Shown: positions 1 through 12,600 of the stretch, piece after piece
Layout of the letters: each line of letters begins with the position of its first letter
Position numbering within the stretch: position 1 is the first letter of the stretch
Assembly: GCA_964016885.1 (NCBI GenBank)
Contig: OZ024743.1
Coordinates: forward strand, 130,448,001 to 130,512,000
Length of the DNA stretch: 64,000 bases
Direction of reading: 5' to 3'
Origin: Eledone cirrhosa
Taxonomy: Eukaryota
Translations under genes and position numbers: made by a program
Notes under the pieces: model-generated
Database searches by the model: none
Told to the model about the DNA's origin: nothing
Seen by the model: only the letters and a program-made list of their open reading frames with translations

Positions 1-1141
1 TTGGTGTTTGGTTATTGGTGCTTGGTGTTTGGTGGTTGGTGTTTGGTGCTTGCTGCTTGGTGCTTGGTGTTTGATGCTTGGTGCTTGGTGTTTGGTGTTT
101 GGTGCTTGGTGCGTGGGACTTGGTGTTTGGTGCTTGGTGTTTGGTGCTTGGTGTTTGGTGCTTGGTGCTTGGTGCTTGGTGTTTGGTGTTTGATGCTTGC
201 TGCCTGGTGCTTGGTGTTTTGTGTTTGGAGCTTGGTGCTTGGTGTTTGGTGCTTCGGTCTTGGTGCTTGGTGTTTGGTGCTTGGTGCTTGGTGTTTGGTG
301 CTTGGTGCCTGGTGCTTGGTGTTTGGTGCTTGGTGCTTGGTGTTTGGTGATTGGTGCTTGGTGTTTGGTGCTTGGTGCTTGGTGCTTGGTGCTTGGTGTT
401 AGGTGTTTGGTGGTTGATGCTTGGTGTTTGTTGTTTGGTCCTTGGTGCTTGGTGTTTGGTGCTTGGTGCTTGGTGATTGGTGTTTGGTGTTTGGTGCTTG
501 CTGCTTGCTGCTTGGTGTTTGGTGCTTGGTGATTGGTGCTTGGTGTTTTGTGCTTGGTGCTTGGTGTTTGGTGTTTGGTGCTAGGGGCTTGGTGCTTGGT
601 GCTTGGTGTTTGGTGCTTGGTGCTTGCTGTTTGTTGTTTGGTGCTTGGTGCGTGGGACTTAGTGTTTGATGTTTGGTGCTTGGTGTTTGGTGCTTGGTGT
701 TTGGGGCTTGGTGTTCGGTGCTTGGTGCTTGGTGCTTGGGGCTTGGTGTTTGGTGTTTGGTGCTAGGTGCTTGGTGTTTGATGTTGGGTCCTTGGTGCTT
801 GGTGTTTGGTGTTTGGTGCTTGGTTTTTGGTGTTTGGTGCTTGGTGCTTGATGTTTGGTGTTTGGTGCTTGGTGCTTGGGGCTTGGTGTTTGGTGCTTGG
901 TGCTTGGTGTTTGGTGTTTGGTACTTGGTGCTTGGGGCTTGGTGTTTGGTGCTTGGTGCTTGGTGCTTGGTGTTTAGTGTTTGGTGTTTGGTGCTTGGTG
1001 TTTGGTGCTTGGTGCTTGGTGCTGGGTGGTTGGTGTTTGGTGCTTGGTGCTTGGTGTTTGGTGCTTGGTGCTTGGTGCTTGGTCTTTGGTGCTTGGAGTA
1101 TGGTGGTTGGTGCTTGGTGCTTGGTGTTTGGTGTTTGGTGT

Positions 1142-1260
1142 TTGCTGTTTGGTGTTTGCTGTTTGGTGTCTGCTTTTTGGTGTTTGGTGTTTGCTGTATG
1201 GTGTTTGCTGTTTCGTATTTGGTTTTTGCTGTTTGGTGTTTGGTGTTTGCTGTTTGGTGT
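1142..1260 (+). repeat. TTGCTGT-rich divergent cassette of about 120 bp (representative copy of a recurrent sub-repeat)
   Basis: ttgctgt-ttggtgt-ttgctgt-ttggtgt-ctgcttt-ttggtgt-ttggtgt-ttgctgt-atggtgt-ttgctgt-ttcgtat-ttggttt-ttgctgt... All units end in T. It recurs at about 2667, 5677, 9936, 11531, 11867, 14626, 17207, 21119, 22644, 25654, 30621 and 33873. Confidence 0.85.
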
Positions 1261-2002
1261 TTGGTGTTTGGTGTTTGGTGCTTTGTGCTTGGTGCTTGGT
1301 GTTTGGCATTTGGTGCTTGGTGCTTGGTGTTTGGTGCTTGGTGCTTGGTGTTTGGTGTTTGGTGCTTGGTGCCTGGTGCTTGTTGTATGCTGTTTGGTGC
1401 TTGGTGCTTGGTGTTTGGTGTTTGCTGCTTGGTGTCTGGTGTTTGGTGCTTGGTGTTTGGTGTTTGGTGCTTGGTGCTTGGTGCTTGGTATTTGGTGTTT
1501 GATGCTTGGTGCTTGGTGATTGTTGTTTGGTGCTGGGTGCTTGGAGTTTGGTGCTTGGTGCTTGGTGCTTAGTGCTTGGTGTTTGGTGTTTGGTGCTTGG
1601 TGTTGGGTTTTTGCTGTTTGATGCTTGGTGTGTGCTGCTTGGTGCTTGGTGCTTGGTGTTTTGTGTTTGGTGCTTGGTGCTTGGTGCCTGGTGCTTGGTG
1701 CTTGGTGCTTGTTGTTTGGTGCTTGGTGCTTGGTGATTAGTGTTTGGTGCTTGGTGCTTGGGGTTTGCTGTTTGGTGCTTGGTGCTTGGTGTTTGGTGCT
1801 TGGTGCTTGGTGTTTGGTGTTTGGTGCTTGGTGCTTGGTGTTTGGGTTTTGGTGCTTGGTGCTTGGTGTTTGGTGTTTGGTGCTTGGTGTTTGGTGCTTG
1901 GTGTTTGGTGCTGAGTGCTTGGTGTTTGGTGTTTGACGCTTGGTGTTTGATGCTTGTTGCTTGGTGCTTGGTGTTTTGTGTTTGGTGTTTGGTGCTTGGT
2001 GT

Positions 2003-2008
2003 ATGTAC
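2003..2008 (+). repeat. 6-bp phase-shifting monomer ATGTAC (representative of 45 sites)
   Basis: Context ttggtgt-ATGTAC-ttggtgc: the unit is one base short and shifts the 7-bp register by -1. It recurs from 2003 to 63997 (the last copy is cut by the window edge). Confidence 0.92.
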
Positions 2009-4569
2009 TTGGTGCTTGGTTCTTGGTGTTTGGTGCTTGGTTCTTGGTGTTTGGTGATTGGTGCTTGGTGCATGGTGTTTGGTGCTTGGTGCTTGGTGTT
2101 TGGTACTTGGTGCTTGGTGCTTGGTTTTTGATGCTTGGTGTTTGATGCTTGGTGCTTGGTGCTTGGTGTTAAGTGTTTGGGGCTTGGTGCTTGGTGCATG
2201 GTGCTTGGTGTTTGGTGCTTGGTGCCTGGTGCTTGGTGTTTGGTGCTTGGTGCTTGGTGCTTGGTGTTTGGTGCTTGGTATTTGGTGCTTGGTGCTTGGT
2301 GTTTGGTGCTTGGTGTTTGGTGCTTGGTGTTCGGTGCTTGGTGCTTGGTGTTTGGTGCTTGGTGTTAGGTGATTGGTGCTTGGTGCTTGGTGTTTGATGT
2401 TTGATCCTTGGTGCTTGATGTTTGGTGCTTGGTGCTTGGTGTTTGGTGTTTGGTGCTTGCTGCTTGCTGCTTGGTGTTTGGTGCTTGGTGATTGGTGCTT
2501 GGTGTTGGGTACTTGGTGCTTGTTGTTTGGTGTTTGGTGCTAGGTGCTTGGTGCTTGGTGCTTGGGGTTTGGTGCTTGGTGCTTGGTGTTTGGTGTTTGG
2601 TGCATGGTGCTTGGGGCTTGGTGTTTGGTGCTTTGTGCTTGGTGCTTGGTGTTTGGTGATTGGTGTTTGCTGTTTGGTGTTTGCTGTTTGGTGTCTGCTT
2701 TTTGGTGTTTGGTGTTTGCTGTATGGTGTTTGCTGTTTCGTATTTGGTTTTTGCTGTTTGGTGTTTGGTGTTTGCTGTTTGGTGTTTGGTGTTTGGTGTT
2801 TGGTGCTTTGTGCTTGGTGCTTGGTGTTTGGCATTTGGTGCTTGGTGCTTGGTGTTTGGTGCTTGGTGCTTGGTGTTTGGTGTTTGGTGCTTGGTGCCTG
2901 GTGCTTGTTGTATGCTGTTTGGTGCCTGGTGCTTGGTGTTTGGTGTTTGGTGTTTGGTGCTTGGTGTCTGGTGTTTGGTGTTTGGTGTTTGGTGCTTGCT
3001 GCTTGGTGTTTGGGTTTTGGTGCTTGGTGCTTGGTGTTTGGTGTTTGGTGCTTGGTGTTTGGTGCTTGGTGTTTGGTGCTGAGTGCTTGGTGTTTTGTGC
3101 TTGGTGCGTGGTGCTTGGTGTTTGGTGTTTGGTGCTTGGTGCTTGGTGTTTGGTGTTTGATGCTTGGTGTTTGATGCTTGTTGCTTGGTGCTTGGTGTTT
3201 TGTGTTTGGTGTTTGGTGCTTGGTGTATGTACTTGGTGCTTGGTTCTTGGTGTTTGGTGCTTGGTTCTTGGTGTTTGGTGATTGGTGCTTGGGGCCTGGT
3301 GTTTGGTGCTTGGTGCTTGGTGTTTGGTACTTGGTGCTTGGTGTTTGGTTTTTGATGCTTGGTGTTTGATGCTTGGTGCTTGGTGCTTGGTGTTAAGTGT
3401 TTGGGGCTTGGTGCTTGTTGCATGGTGCTTGGTGTTTGGTGCTTGGTGCCTGGTGCTTGGTGCTTGGTATTTGGTGCTTGGTGCTTGGTGTTTGGTGCTT
3501 GGTGTTTGGTGCTTGGTGTTCGGTGCTTGGTGCTTGGTGTTTGGTGCTTGGTGTTAGGTGATTGGTGCTTGGTGCTTGGTGTTTTATGTTTGATCCTTGG
3601 TGCTTGGTGTTTGGTGCTTGGTGCTTGGTGTTGGGTGTTTGGTGCTTGGTGCCTGGTGCTTGTTGTATGCTGTTTGGTGCTTGGTGCTTGGTGTTTGGTG
3701 TTTGCTGCTTGTTGTCTGGTGTTTGGTGCTTGGTGTTTGGTGTTTGGTGCTTGGTGCTTGGTGCTTGGTATTTGGTGTTTGGTGCTTGGTGCTTGGTGTT
3801 TGTTGTTTGGTGCTGGGTGCTTGGAGTTTGGTCCTTGGTGCTTGGTGCTTAGTGCTTGGTGTTTGGTGTTTGGTGCTTGGTGTTGGGTGTTTGGTGTTTG
3901 ATGCTTGGTTTGTGCTGCTTGGTGCTTGGTGCTTGGTGTTTTTTGTTTGGTGCTTGGTGCTTGGTGCCTGGTGCTTGGTGCTTGGTGCTTGTTGTTTGGT
4001 GCTTGGTGCTTGGTGATTAGTGTTTGGTGCTTGGTGCTTGGGGTTTGCTGTTTGGTGCTTGGTGCTTGGTGTTTGGTGTTTGGTGTTTGGTGCTTGGTGT
4101 CTGGTGTTTGGTGTTTGGTGTTTGGTGCTTGGTGCTTGGTGTTTGGGTTTTGGTGCTTGGTGCTTGGTGTTTGGTGTTTGGTGCTTGGTGTTTGGTGCTT
4201 GGTGTTTGGTGCTGAGTGCTTGGTGTTTTGTGCTTGGTGCGTGGTGCTTGGTGTTTGGTGTTTGGCGCTTGGTGCTTGGTGTTTGGTGTTTGATGCTTGG
4301 TGTTTGATGCTTGTTGCTTGGTGCTTGGTGTTTTGTGTTTGGTGTTTCGTGCTTGGTGTATGTACTTGTTGCTTGGTTCTTGGTGTTTGGTGCTTGGTTC
4401 TTGGTGTTTGGTGATTGGTGCTTGGTGCTTGGTGTTTGGTGCTTGGTGCTTGGTGTTTGGTACTTGGTGCTTGGTGTTTGGTTTTTGATGCTTGGTGTTT
4501 GATGCTTGGTGCTTGGTGCTTGGTGTTTAAGTGTTTGGTGCTTGGTGCTTGGTCTTTGGTGCTTGGGGT

Positions 4570-6680
4570 TTGGTGTTTGGTTATTGGTGCTTGGTGTTTG
4601 GTGGTTGGTGGTTGGTGCTTGGTGTTTGGTGTTTGGTGCTTGCTGCTTGGTGCTTGGTGTTTGATGCTTGGTGCTTGGTGTTTGGTGTTTGGTGCTTGGT
4701 GCGTGGGACTTGGTGTTTGGTGCTTGGTGTTTGGTGCTTGGTGTTTGGTGCTTGGTGCTTGGTGCTTGGTGTTTGGTGTTTGATGCTTGCTGCCTGGTGC
4801 TTGGTGTTTTGTGTTTGGAGCTTGGTGCTTGGTGTTTGGTGCTTCGGTCTTGGTGCTTGGTGTTTGGTGCTTGGTGCTTGGTGTTTGGTGCTTGGTGCCT
4901 GGTGCTTGGTGTTTGGTGCTTGGTGCTTGGTGTTTGGTGATTGGTGCTTGGTGTTTGGTGCTTGGTGCTTGGTGCTTGGTGCTTGGTGTTAGGTGTTTGG
5001 TGCATGATGCTTGGTGTTTGTTGTTTGGTCCTTGGTGCTTGGTGTTTGGTGCTTGGTGCTTGGTGATTGGTGTTTGGTGTTTGGTGCTTGCTGCTTGCTG
5101 CTTGGTGTTTGGTGCTTGGTGATTGGTGCTTGGTGTTTTGTGCTTGGTGCTTGGTGTTTGGTGTTTGGTGCTAGGGGCTTGGTGCTTGGTGCTTGGTGTT
5201 TGGTGCTTGGTGCTTGCTGTTTGTTGTTTGGTGCTTGGTGCGTGGGACTTAGTGTTTGATGTTTGGTGCTTGGTGTTTGGTGCTTGGTGTTTGGGGCTTG
5301 GTGTTCGGTGCTTGGTGCTTGGTGCTTGGGGCTTGGTGTTTGGTGTTTGGTGCTAGGTGCTTGGTGTTTGATGTTGGGTCCTTGGTGCTTGGTGTTTGGT
5401 GTTTGGTGCTTGGTTTTTGGTGTTTGGTGCTTGGTGCTTGATGTTTGGTGTTTGGTGCTTGGTGCTTGGGGCTTGGTGTTTGGTGCTTGGTGCTTGGTGT
5501 TTGGTGTTTGGTACTTGGTGCTTGGGGCTTGGTGTTTGGTGCTTGGTGCTTGGTGCTTGGTGTTTAGTGTTTGGTGTTTGGTGCTTGGTGTTTGGTGCTT
5601 GGTGCTTGGTGCTGGGTGGTTGGTGTTTGGTGCTTGGTGCTTGGTGTTTGGTGCTTGGTGCTTGGTGCTTGGTGTTTGCTGTTTGGTGTCTGCTTTTTGG
5701 TGTTTGGTGTTTGCTGTATGGTGTTTGCTGTTTCGTATTTGGTTTTTGCTGTTTGGTGTTTGGTGTTTGCTGTTTGGTGTTTGGTGTTTGGTGTTTGGTG
5801 CTTTGTGCTTGGTGCTTGGTGTTTGGCATTTGGTGCTTGGTGCTTGGTGTTTGGTGCTTGGTGCTTGGTGTTTGGTGTTTGGTGCTTGGTGCCTGGTGCT
5901 TGTTGTATGCTGTTTGGTGCTTGGTGCTTGGTGTTTGGTGTTTGCTGCTTGGTGTCTGGTGTTTGGTGCTTGGTGTTTGGTGTTTGGTGCTTGGTGCTTG
6001 GTGCTTGGTATTTGGTGTTTGATGCTTGGTGCTTGGTGATTGTTGTTTGGTGCTGGGTGCTTGGAGTTTGGTGCTTGGTGCTTGGTGCTTAGTGCTTGGT
6101 GTTTGGTGTTTGGTGCTTGGTGTTGGGTGTTTGGTGTTTGATGCTTGGTGTGTGCTGCTTGGTGCTTGGTGCTTGGTGTTTTGTGTTTGGTGCTTGGTGC
6201 TTGGTGCCTGGTGCTTGGTGCTTGGTGCTTGTTGTTTGGTGCTTGGTGCTTGGTGATTAGTGTTTGGTGCTTGGTGCTTGGGGTTTGCTGTTTGGTGCTT
6301 GGTGCTTGGTGTTTGGTGCTTGGTGCTTGGTGTTTGGTGTTTGGTGCTTGGTGCTTGGTGTTTGGGTTTTGGTGCTTGGTGCTTGGTGTTTGGTGTTTGG
6401 TGCTTGGTGTTTGGTGCTTGGTGTTTGGTGCTGAGTGCTTGGTGTTTGGTGTTTGACGCTTGGTGTTTGATGCTTGTTGCTTGGTACTTGGTGTTTTGTG
6501 TTTCGTGTTTGGTGCTTGGTGTATGTACTTGGTGCTTGGTTCTTGGTGTTTGGTGCTTGGTTCTTGGTGTTTGTTGATTGGTGCTTGGTGGATGGTGTTT
6601 GGTGCTTGGTGCTTGGTGTTTGGTACTTGGTGCTTGGTGCTTTGTTTTTGATGCTTGGTGTTTGATGCTTGGTGCTTGGT
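4570..6680 (+). repeat. Internal higher-order copy of about 1-2150 (offset 4590, then 4520 after a 70-bp loss); also present at about 24547-26657
   Basis: Identical or near-identical ORF translations at 78/4668, 197/4787, 533/5123 (offset 4590) and 1506/6026, 1625/6145, 1940/6460 (offset 4520). The 70-bp change equals exactly 10 monomers. Confidence 0.9.
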
Positions 6681-9600
6681 GCTTGGTGCTTGGTGTTTGG
6701 TGCTTGGTGTTCGGTGCTTGGTGCTTGGTGTTTGGTGCTTGGTGTTAGGTGATTGGTGCTTGGTGCTTGGTGTTTGATGTTTGATCCTTGGTGCTTGATG
6801 TTTGGTGCTTGGTGCTTGGTGTTTGGTGTTTGGTGCTTGCTGCTTGCTGCTTGGTGTTTGGTGCTTGGTGATTGGTGCTTGGTGTTGGGTACTTGGTGCT
6901 TGTTGTTTGGTGTTTGGTGCTAGGTGCTTGGTGCTTGGTGCTTGGGGTTTGGTGCTTGGTGCTTGGTGTTTGGTGTTTGGTGCTTGGTGCTTGGGGCTTG
7001 GTGTTTGGTGCTTTGTGCTTGGTGTTTGGTGCTTTGTGCTTGGTGCTTGTTGTTTCGTGCTTGGTGCTTGGTGCTTCGTGTTTGGTGTTTGGTGTTTGGT
7101 GCTTGGTGTTTGGTGCTTGGTGGTTGGTGCTGGGTGGTTGGTGTTTGGTGCTTGGTGCTTGGTGTTTGGTGCTTGGTGCTTGGTGCTTCGTGTTTGGTGT
7201 TTGGTGTTTGGTGCTTGGTGTTTGGTGCTTGGTGCTTGGTGCTGGGTGGTTGGTGTTTGGTGCTTGGTGCTTGGTGTTTGGTGCTTGGTGCTTGGTGCTT
7301 GTTGTTTGGTGCTTGGTGCTTGGTGCTTGGTCTTTGGTGCTTGGAGTTTGGTGGTTGGTGCTTGGTGCTTGGTGTTTGGTGTTTGATGTTTGATGCTTGG
7401 TGTTTGATGCTTGTTGCTTGGTGCTTGGTGTTTTGTGTTTGGTGTTTGGTGCTTGGTGTATGTACTTGGTGCTTGGTTCTTGGTGTTTGGTGCTTGGTTC
7501 TTGGTGTTTGGTGATTGGTGCTTGGGGCTTGGTGTTTGGTGCTTGGTGCTTGGTGTTTGGTACTTGGTGCTTGGTGTTTGGTTTTTGATGCTTGGTGTTT
7601 GATGCTTGGTGCTTGGTGCTTGGTGTTAAGTGTTTGGGGCTTGGTGCTTGTTGCATGGTGCTTGGTGTTTGGTGCTTGGTGCCTGGTGCTTGGTGTTTGG
7701 TGCTTGGTGCTTGGTGCTTGGTGTTTGGTGCTTGGTATTTGGTGCTTGGTGCTTGGTGTTTGGTGCTTGGTGTTTGGTGCTTGGTGTTCGGTGCTTGGTG
7801 CTTGGTGTTTGGTGCTTGGTGTTAGGTGATTGGTGCTTGGTGCTTGGTGTTTTATGTTTGATCCTTGGTGCTTGGTGTTTGGTGCTTGGTGCTTGGTGTT
7901 TGGTGTTTGGTGCTTGGTGCCTGGTGCTTGTTGTATGCTGTTTGGTGCTTGGTGCTTGGTGTTTGGTGTTTGCTGCTTGTTGTCTGGTGTTTGGTGCTTG
8001 GTGTTTGGTGTTTGGTGCTTGGTGCTTGGTGCTTGGTATTTGGTGTTTGGTGCTTGGTGCTTGGTGTTTGTTGTTTGGTGCTGGGTGCTTGGAGTTTGGT
8101 TCTTGGTGCTTGGTGCTTAGTGCTTGGTGTTTGGTGTTTGGTGCTTGGTGTTGGGTGTTTGGTGTTTGATGCTTGGTGTGTGCTGCTTGGTGCTTGGTGC
8201 TTGGTGTTTTGTGTTTGGTGCTTAGTGCTTGGTGTTTGGTGTTTGGTGCTTGGTGTTTGGTGTTTGGTGTTTGATGCTTGGTTTTTGCTGCTTGGTGCTT
8301 GGTGCTTGGTGCTTGGTGTTCTGTGTTTGGTGCTTGATGCTTGGTGCCTGGTGCTTGGTGCTTGGTGCTTGTTGTTTGGTGCTTGGTGCTTGGTGATTAG
8401 TGTTTGGTGCTTGGTGCTTGGTGTTTGGTGTTTGGTGTTTCGTGCTTGGTGTCTAGTGTTTGGGTTTTGGTGTTTGGTGCTTGGTGCTTGGTGTTTGGTG
8501 TTTGGTGCTTGGTGCTTGGTGTTTGGTGATTGGTGCTTGGTGTTTGGTGCTTGGTGCTTTGTGCTTGGTGTTTGGTGCTGGGTGCTTGGTGTTTGGTGCT
8601 TGGTGCTTGGTGTTTGGTGTTTGGTGCTTGGTACTTGGTGTTTGGTGTGTGATGCTTGGTGTTTGATGCTTGTTGCTTGGTGCTTGGTGTTTTGTGTTTG
8701 GTGTTTGGTGCTTGGTGTATGTACTTGGTGCTTGGTGTTTGGTGCTTGGTTCTTGGTGTTTGGTGCTTGGTGCTTGGTGCTTGGTGTTTGGTGCTTGGTG
8801 CTTGGTGTTTGGTGCTTGGTGTTTGGTGTTTGGTGCTTGGTGTTTGGTGCTTGGTGCTTGGTGCTTGGTGTTAAGTGTTTGGTGCTTGGTGCTTGGTGTT
8901 TGGTGCTTCGTGCTTGGTGCTTGGTGTTTGGTGCATGGTGCTTGGTGTTTGGGGCTTGGTGCCTGGTGCTTTGTGTTTGGTGCTAGGTGCTTGGTGCTTG
9001 GTCTTTGGTGTTTGGTGCTTGGTGCTTGGTGTTTGGTGCTAGGTGTTTGGTGCTTGGTGTTCGGTGCTTGGTGCTTGGTGCTTGGTGCTTGGTGTTAGGT
9101 GTTTGGTGCTTGGTGCTTGGTGTTTGATGTTTGGTCCTTGGTGCTTGGTGTTTGGTGTTTGGTGCTTGGTGCTTGGTGTTTCGTGTTTGGTGCTTGCTGC
9201 TTGCTGCTTGGTGTTTGGTGCTTGGTGATTGGTGCTTGGTGTTTGGTGCTTGGTGCTTGGTGTTTGGTGTTTCGTGCTATGTGCTTGGTGCTTGGTGCTT
9301 GGTGTTTGGTGCTTGGTGCTTGGTGTTTGGTGTTTGGTGCTTGATGCTTGGGGCCTGGTGTTTGGTGCTTGGTGCTTGGTGCTTGGTGTTTGGTGCTTGG
9401 TGCTTGGTGCTTGGTGTTTGGTGTTTGGTGTTTGGTGCTTGGTGTTTTGTGCTTGGTGCTTGTTGCTGGGTGGTTGGTGTTTGGTGCTTGGTGCTTGGTG
9501 TTTGGTGCTTGGTGCTTGGTGCTTATTGTTTGGTGATTGGTGCTTGGTGCTTGGTGCTTGGTGTTTGGTGTTTGGTGTTTGGTGCTTGGTGTTTGGTGCT

Positions 9601-12600
9601 TGGTGCTTGGTGCTTGGTTATTAGTGTTTGGTGCTTGGTGCTTGGGGTTTGGTGTTTGGTGCTTGGTGTTTGGTGTTTGGTGTTTGCTGTATGGTGTTTG
9701 CTGTTTCGTGTTTGGTGTTTGCTGTTTGGTGTTTAATGCTTGGTGCTTGGTGCTTGGTGTTTGGTGCTTGGTGTTTGGTGTTTGGCGTTTGCTGTTTGCT
9801 GTTTGTTGTTTGGTGCTTGCTGTTTGGTGCTTGGTGCTTGGTGCTTGGTGTTTGGTGGTTGGTGCTTGGTGATTAGTGTTTGGTGCTTGATGCTTGGGGT
9901 TTGGTGTTTTGTGCTTAGTGCTTGGTGTTTGGTGTTTGCCGTTTGGTGTCTGCTTTTTGGTATTTGGTGTTTGCTGTATGGTGTTTGCTGTTTCGTATTA
10001 GGTGTTTGCTGTTTGGTGTTTGGTGTTTGGTGTTTGGTGCTTGGTGTTTGGTGCTTGGTGCTTGGTGTTTGGTGTTTGGTGCTTGGTGTTTGGTGTTTGG
10101 TGCTTGGTACTTGGTGTTTGGTGTGTGAAGCTTGGTGATTGATGCTTGTTGCTTGGTGCTTGGTGTTTGCTGTTTGGTGTTTGGTGCTTGGTGTATGTAC
10201 TTGGTGCTTGGTGCTTGGGGTTTGGTGCTTGGTTCTTGGTGTTTGGTGCTTGGTGCTTGGTGCTTGGTGTTTGGTGCTTGGTGCTTGGTGTTTGGTGCTT
10301 GGTGTTTGGTGTTTGGTGCTTGGTGTTTGGTGCTTGGTGCCTGTTGCTTGGTGTTAAGTGTTTGGTGCTTGGTGCTTGGTGTTTGGTGCTTCGTGCTTGG
10401 TGCTTGGTGTTTGGTGCATGGTGCTTGGTGTTTGGGGCTTGGTGCCTGGTGCTTTGTGTTTGGTGCTAGGTGCTTGGTGCTTGGTCTTTGGTGTTTGGTG
10501 CTTGGTGCTTGGTGTTTGGTGCTAGGTGTTTGGTGCTTGGTGTTCGGTGCTTGGTGCTTGGTGCTTGGTGCTTGGTGTTAGGTGTTTGGTGCTTGGTGCT
10601 TGGTGTTTGATGTTTGGTCCTTGGTGCTTGGTGTTTGGTGTTTGGTGCTTGGTGCTTGGTGTTTCGTGTTTGGTGCTTGCTGCTTGCTGCTTGGTGTTTG
10701 GTGCTTGGTGATTGGTGCTTGGTGCTTGGTGCTTGGTGCTTGGTGTTTGGTGCTTGGTGCTTGGTGTTTGGTGTTTGGTGCTTGGCGCTTGGGGCTTGGT
10801 GTTTGGTGCTTGGTGTTTGGTGCTTGGTGTTTGGTGCTTGGTGCTTGGTGCTTGGTGTTTGGTGTTTGGTGTTTGGTGCTTGGTGTTTTGTGCTTGGTGC
10901 TTGTTGCTGGGTGGTTGGTGTTTGGTGCTTGTTGCTTGGTGTTTGGTGCTTGGTGCTTGGTGCTTATTGTTTGGTGATTGGTGCTTGGTGCTTGGTGCTT
11001 GGTGTTTGGTGCTTGGTGCTTGGTGCTTGGTGTTTGGTGCTTGGTGCTTGGTGCTTGGTTATTAGTGTTTGGTGCTTGGTGCTTGGGGTTTGGTGTTTGG
11101 TGCTTGGTGTTTGGTGTTTGGTGTTTGCTGTATGGTGTTTGCTGTTTCGTGTTTGGTGTTTGCTGTTTGGTGTTTAATGCTTGGTGCTTGGTGCTTGGTG
11201 TTTGGTGCTTGGTGCTTGGTGTTTGGAGTTTGCTGTTTGCTGTTTGGTGTTTGGTGCTTGCTGTTTGGTGCTTGGTGCTTGGTGCTGGTTGGTTGGTGTT
11301 TTGTGCTTGGTGCTTGGTGTTTGGTGCTTGGTGCTTGGTGCTTGTTGTTTGGTGCTTGGTGCTTGGTCTTTGGTGCTTGGTGTTTGGTGTTTGGTGCTTG
11401 GTGCTTGGTGCTTGGTGTTTGGTGCTTGGTGCTTGGTGCTTGGTGTTTGGTGGTTGGTGCTTGGTGATTAGTGTTTGGTGCTTGATGCTTGGGGTTTGGT
11501 GTTTTGTGCTTAGTGCTTGGTGTTTGGTGTTTGCTGTTTGGTGTCTGCTTTTTGGTATTTGGTGTTTGCTGTAAGGTGTTTGCTGTTTCGTATTTGGTGT
11601 TTGCTGTTTGGTGTTTAGTGTTTGGTGTTTGGTGTTTGGTGCTTGGTGCTTGGTGCTTGGTGTTTAGTGTTTGGTGTTTGGTGCTTGGTGTTTGGTGCTT
11701 GGTGCTTGGTGCTGGGTGGTTGGTGTTTGGTGCTTGGTGCTTGGTGCTTGGTGTTTGGTGCTTGGTGCTTGGTGCTTGTTGTTTGGTGCTTGGTGCTTGG
11801 TGCTTGGTCTTTGGTGCTTGGAGTTTGGTGGTTGGTGCTTGGTGCTTGGTGTTTGGTGTTTGGTGTTTGCTGTTTGGTGTTTGCTGTTTGGTGTCTGCTT
11901 TTTGGTGTTTGGTGTTTGCTGTATGGTGTTTGCTGTTTCGTATTTGGTTTATGCTGTTTGGTGTTTGGTGTTTGTTGTTTGATGCTGCGTGCTTGGTGTT
12001 TGGTTTTTTGTGCTTTGTGCTTGGTGCTTGGTGCTTGGTGTTTGGCATTTGGTGCTTGGTGCTTGGTGTTTGGTGCTTGGTGCTTGGTGCTTGGTGTTTG
12101 GTGTTTGGTGCTTGGTGCCTGGTGCTTGTTGTTTGGTGTTTGGTGCTTAGTGCTTGGTGTTTGGTGTTTGGTGCTTGGTGCTTGGTGGCTGGTGGTTGGT
12201 GCTTGGTGTTTGGTGTTTGGTGTTTGGTGCTTGGTGCTTGGTGCCTGGTGTTTGGTGCCTGGTGCTTGGTGCTTGGTGCTTGGTGCTTGGTCTTTGCTGC
12301 TTGGGGTTTGGTGTTTGGTGCTTGGTGCTTGGTGTTTGGTGCCTGGTGCTTGGTGCTTGGTGTTTGGTGTTTAATGCTTGGTGCTTGGTGCTTGGTGTTT
12401 GGTACTTGGTGCTTGGTGCTTGGTGTTTGGCATTTGCTGTTTGCTGTTTGGTGTTTGGTGCTTGCTGTTTGGTGTTTGGTGTTTGGTGTTTGGTGTTTGG
12501 TGCTTGCTGTTTGGTGTTTGGTACTTGGAGCTTGGTGATTAGTGTTTGGTGCATGGTCCTTGGTGTTTGTTGTTTGGTGTTTGGTGCTTGGTGTTTGGTG

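Larger units (their letters stand above)
1..8210 (+). repeat. Segmental duplication copy A (at least 8.2 kb; partner at 19978-28187)
   Basis: Position 1 (ttggtgtttggttattggtgc...) matches 19978. The ORF track repeats at a constant offset of 19,977 (78/20055, 763/20740, 3584/23561, 6745/26722, 7830/27807). The copies diverge at about 8211 vs 28188. Confidence 0.95.

Noticed and set aside
12188-12195. GCTGGTGG, the E. coli Chi sequence
   Set aside because: I noticed only one occurrence, produced by adjacent monomer variants (ttggtgg-ctggtgg). This is expected by chance in a TGGTG-rich array, and nothing indicates an enterobacterial context.
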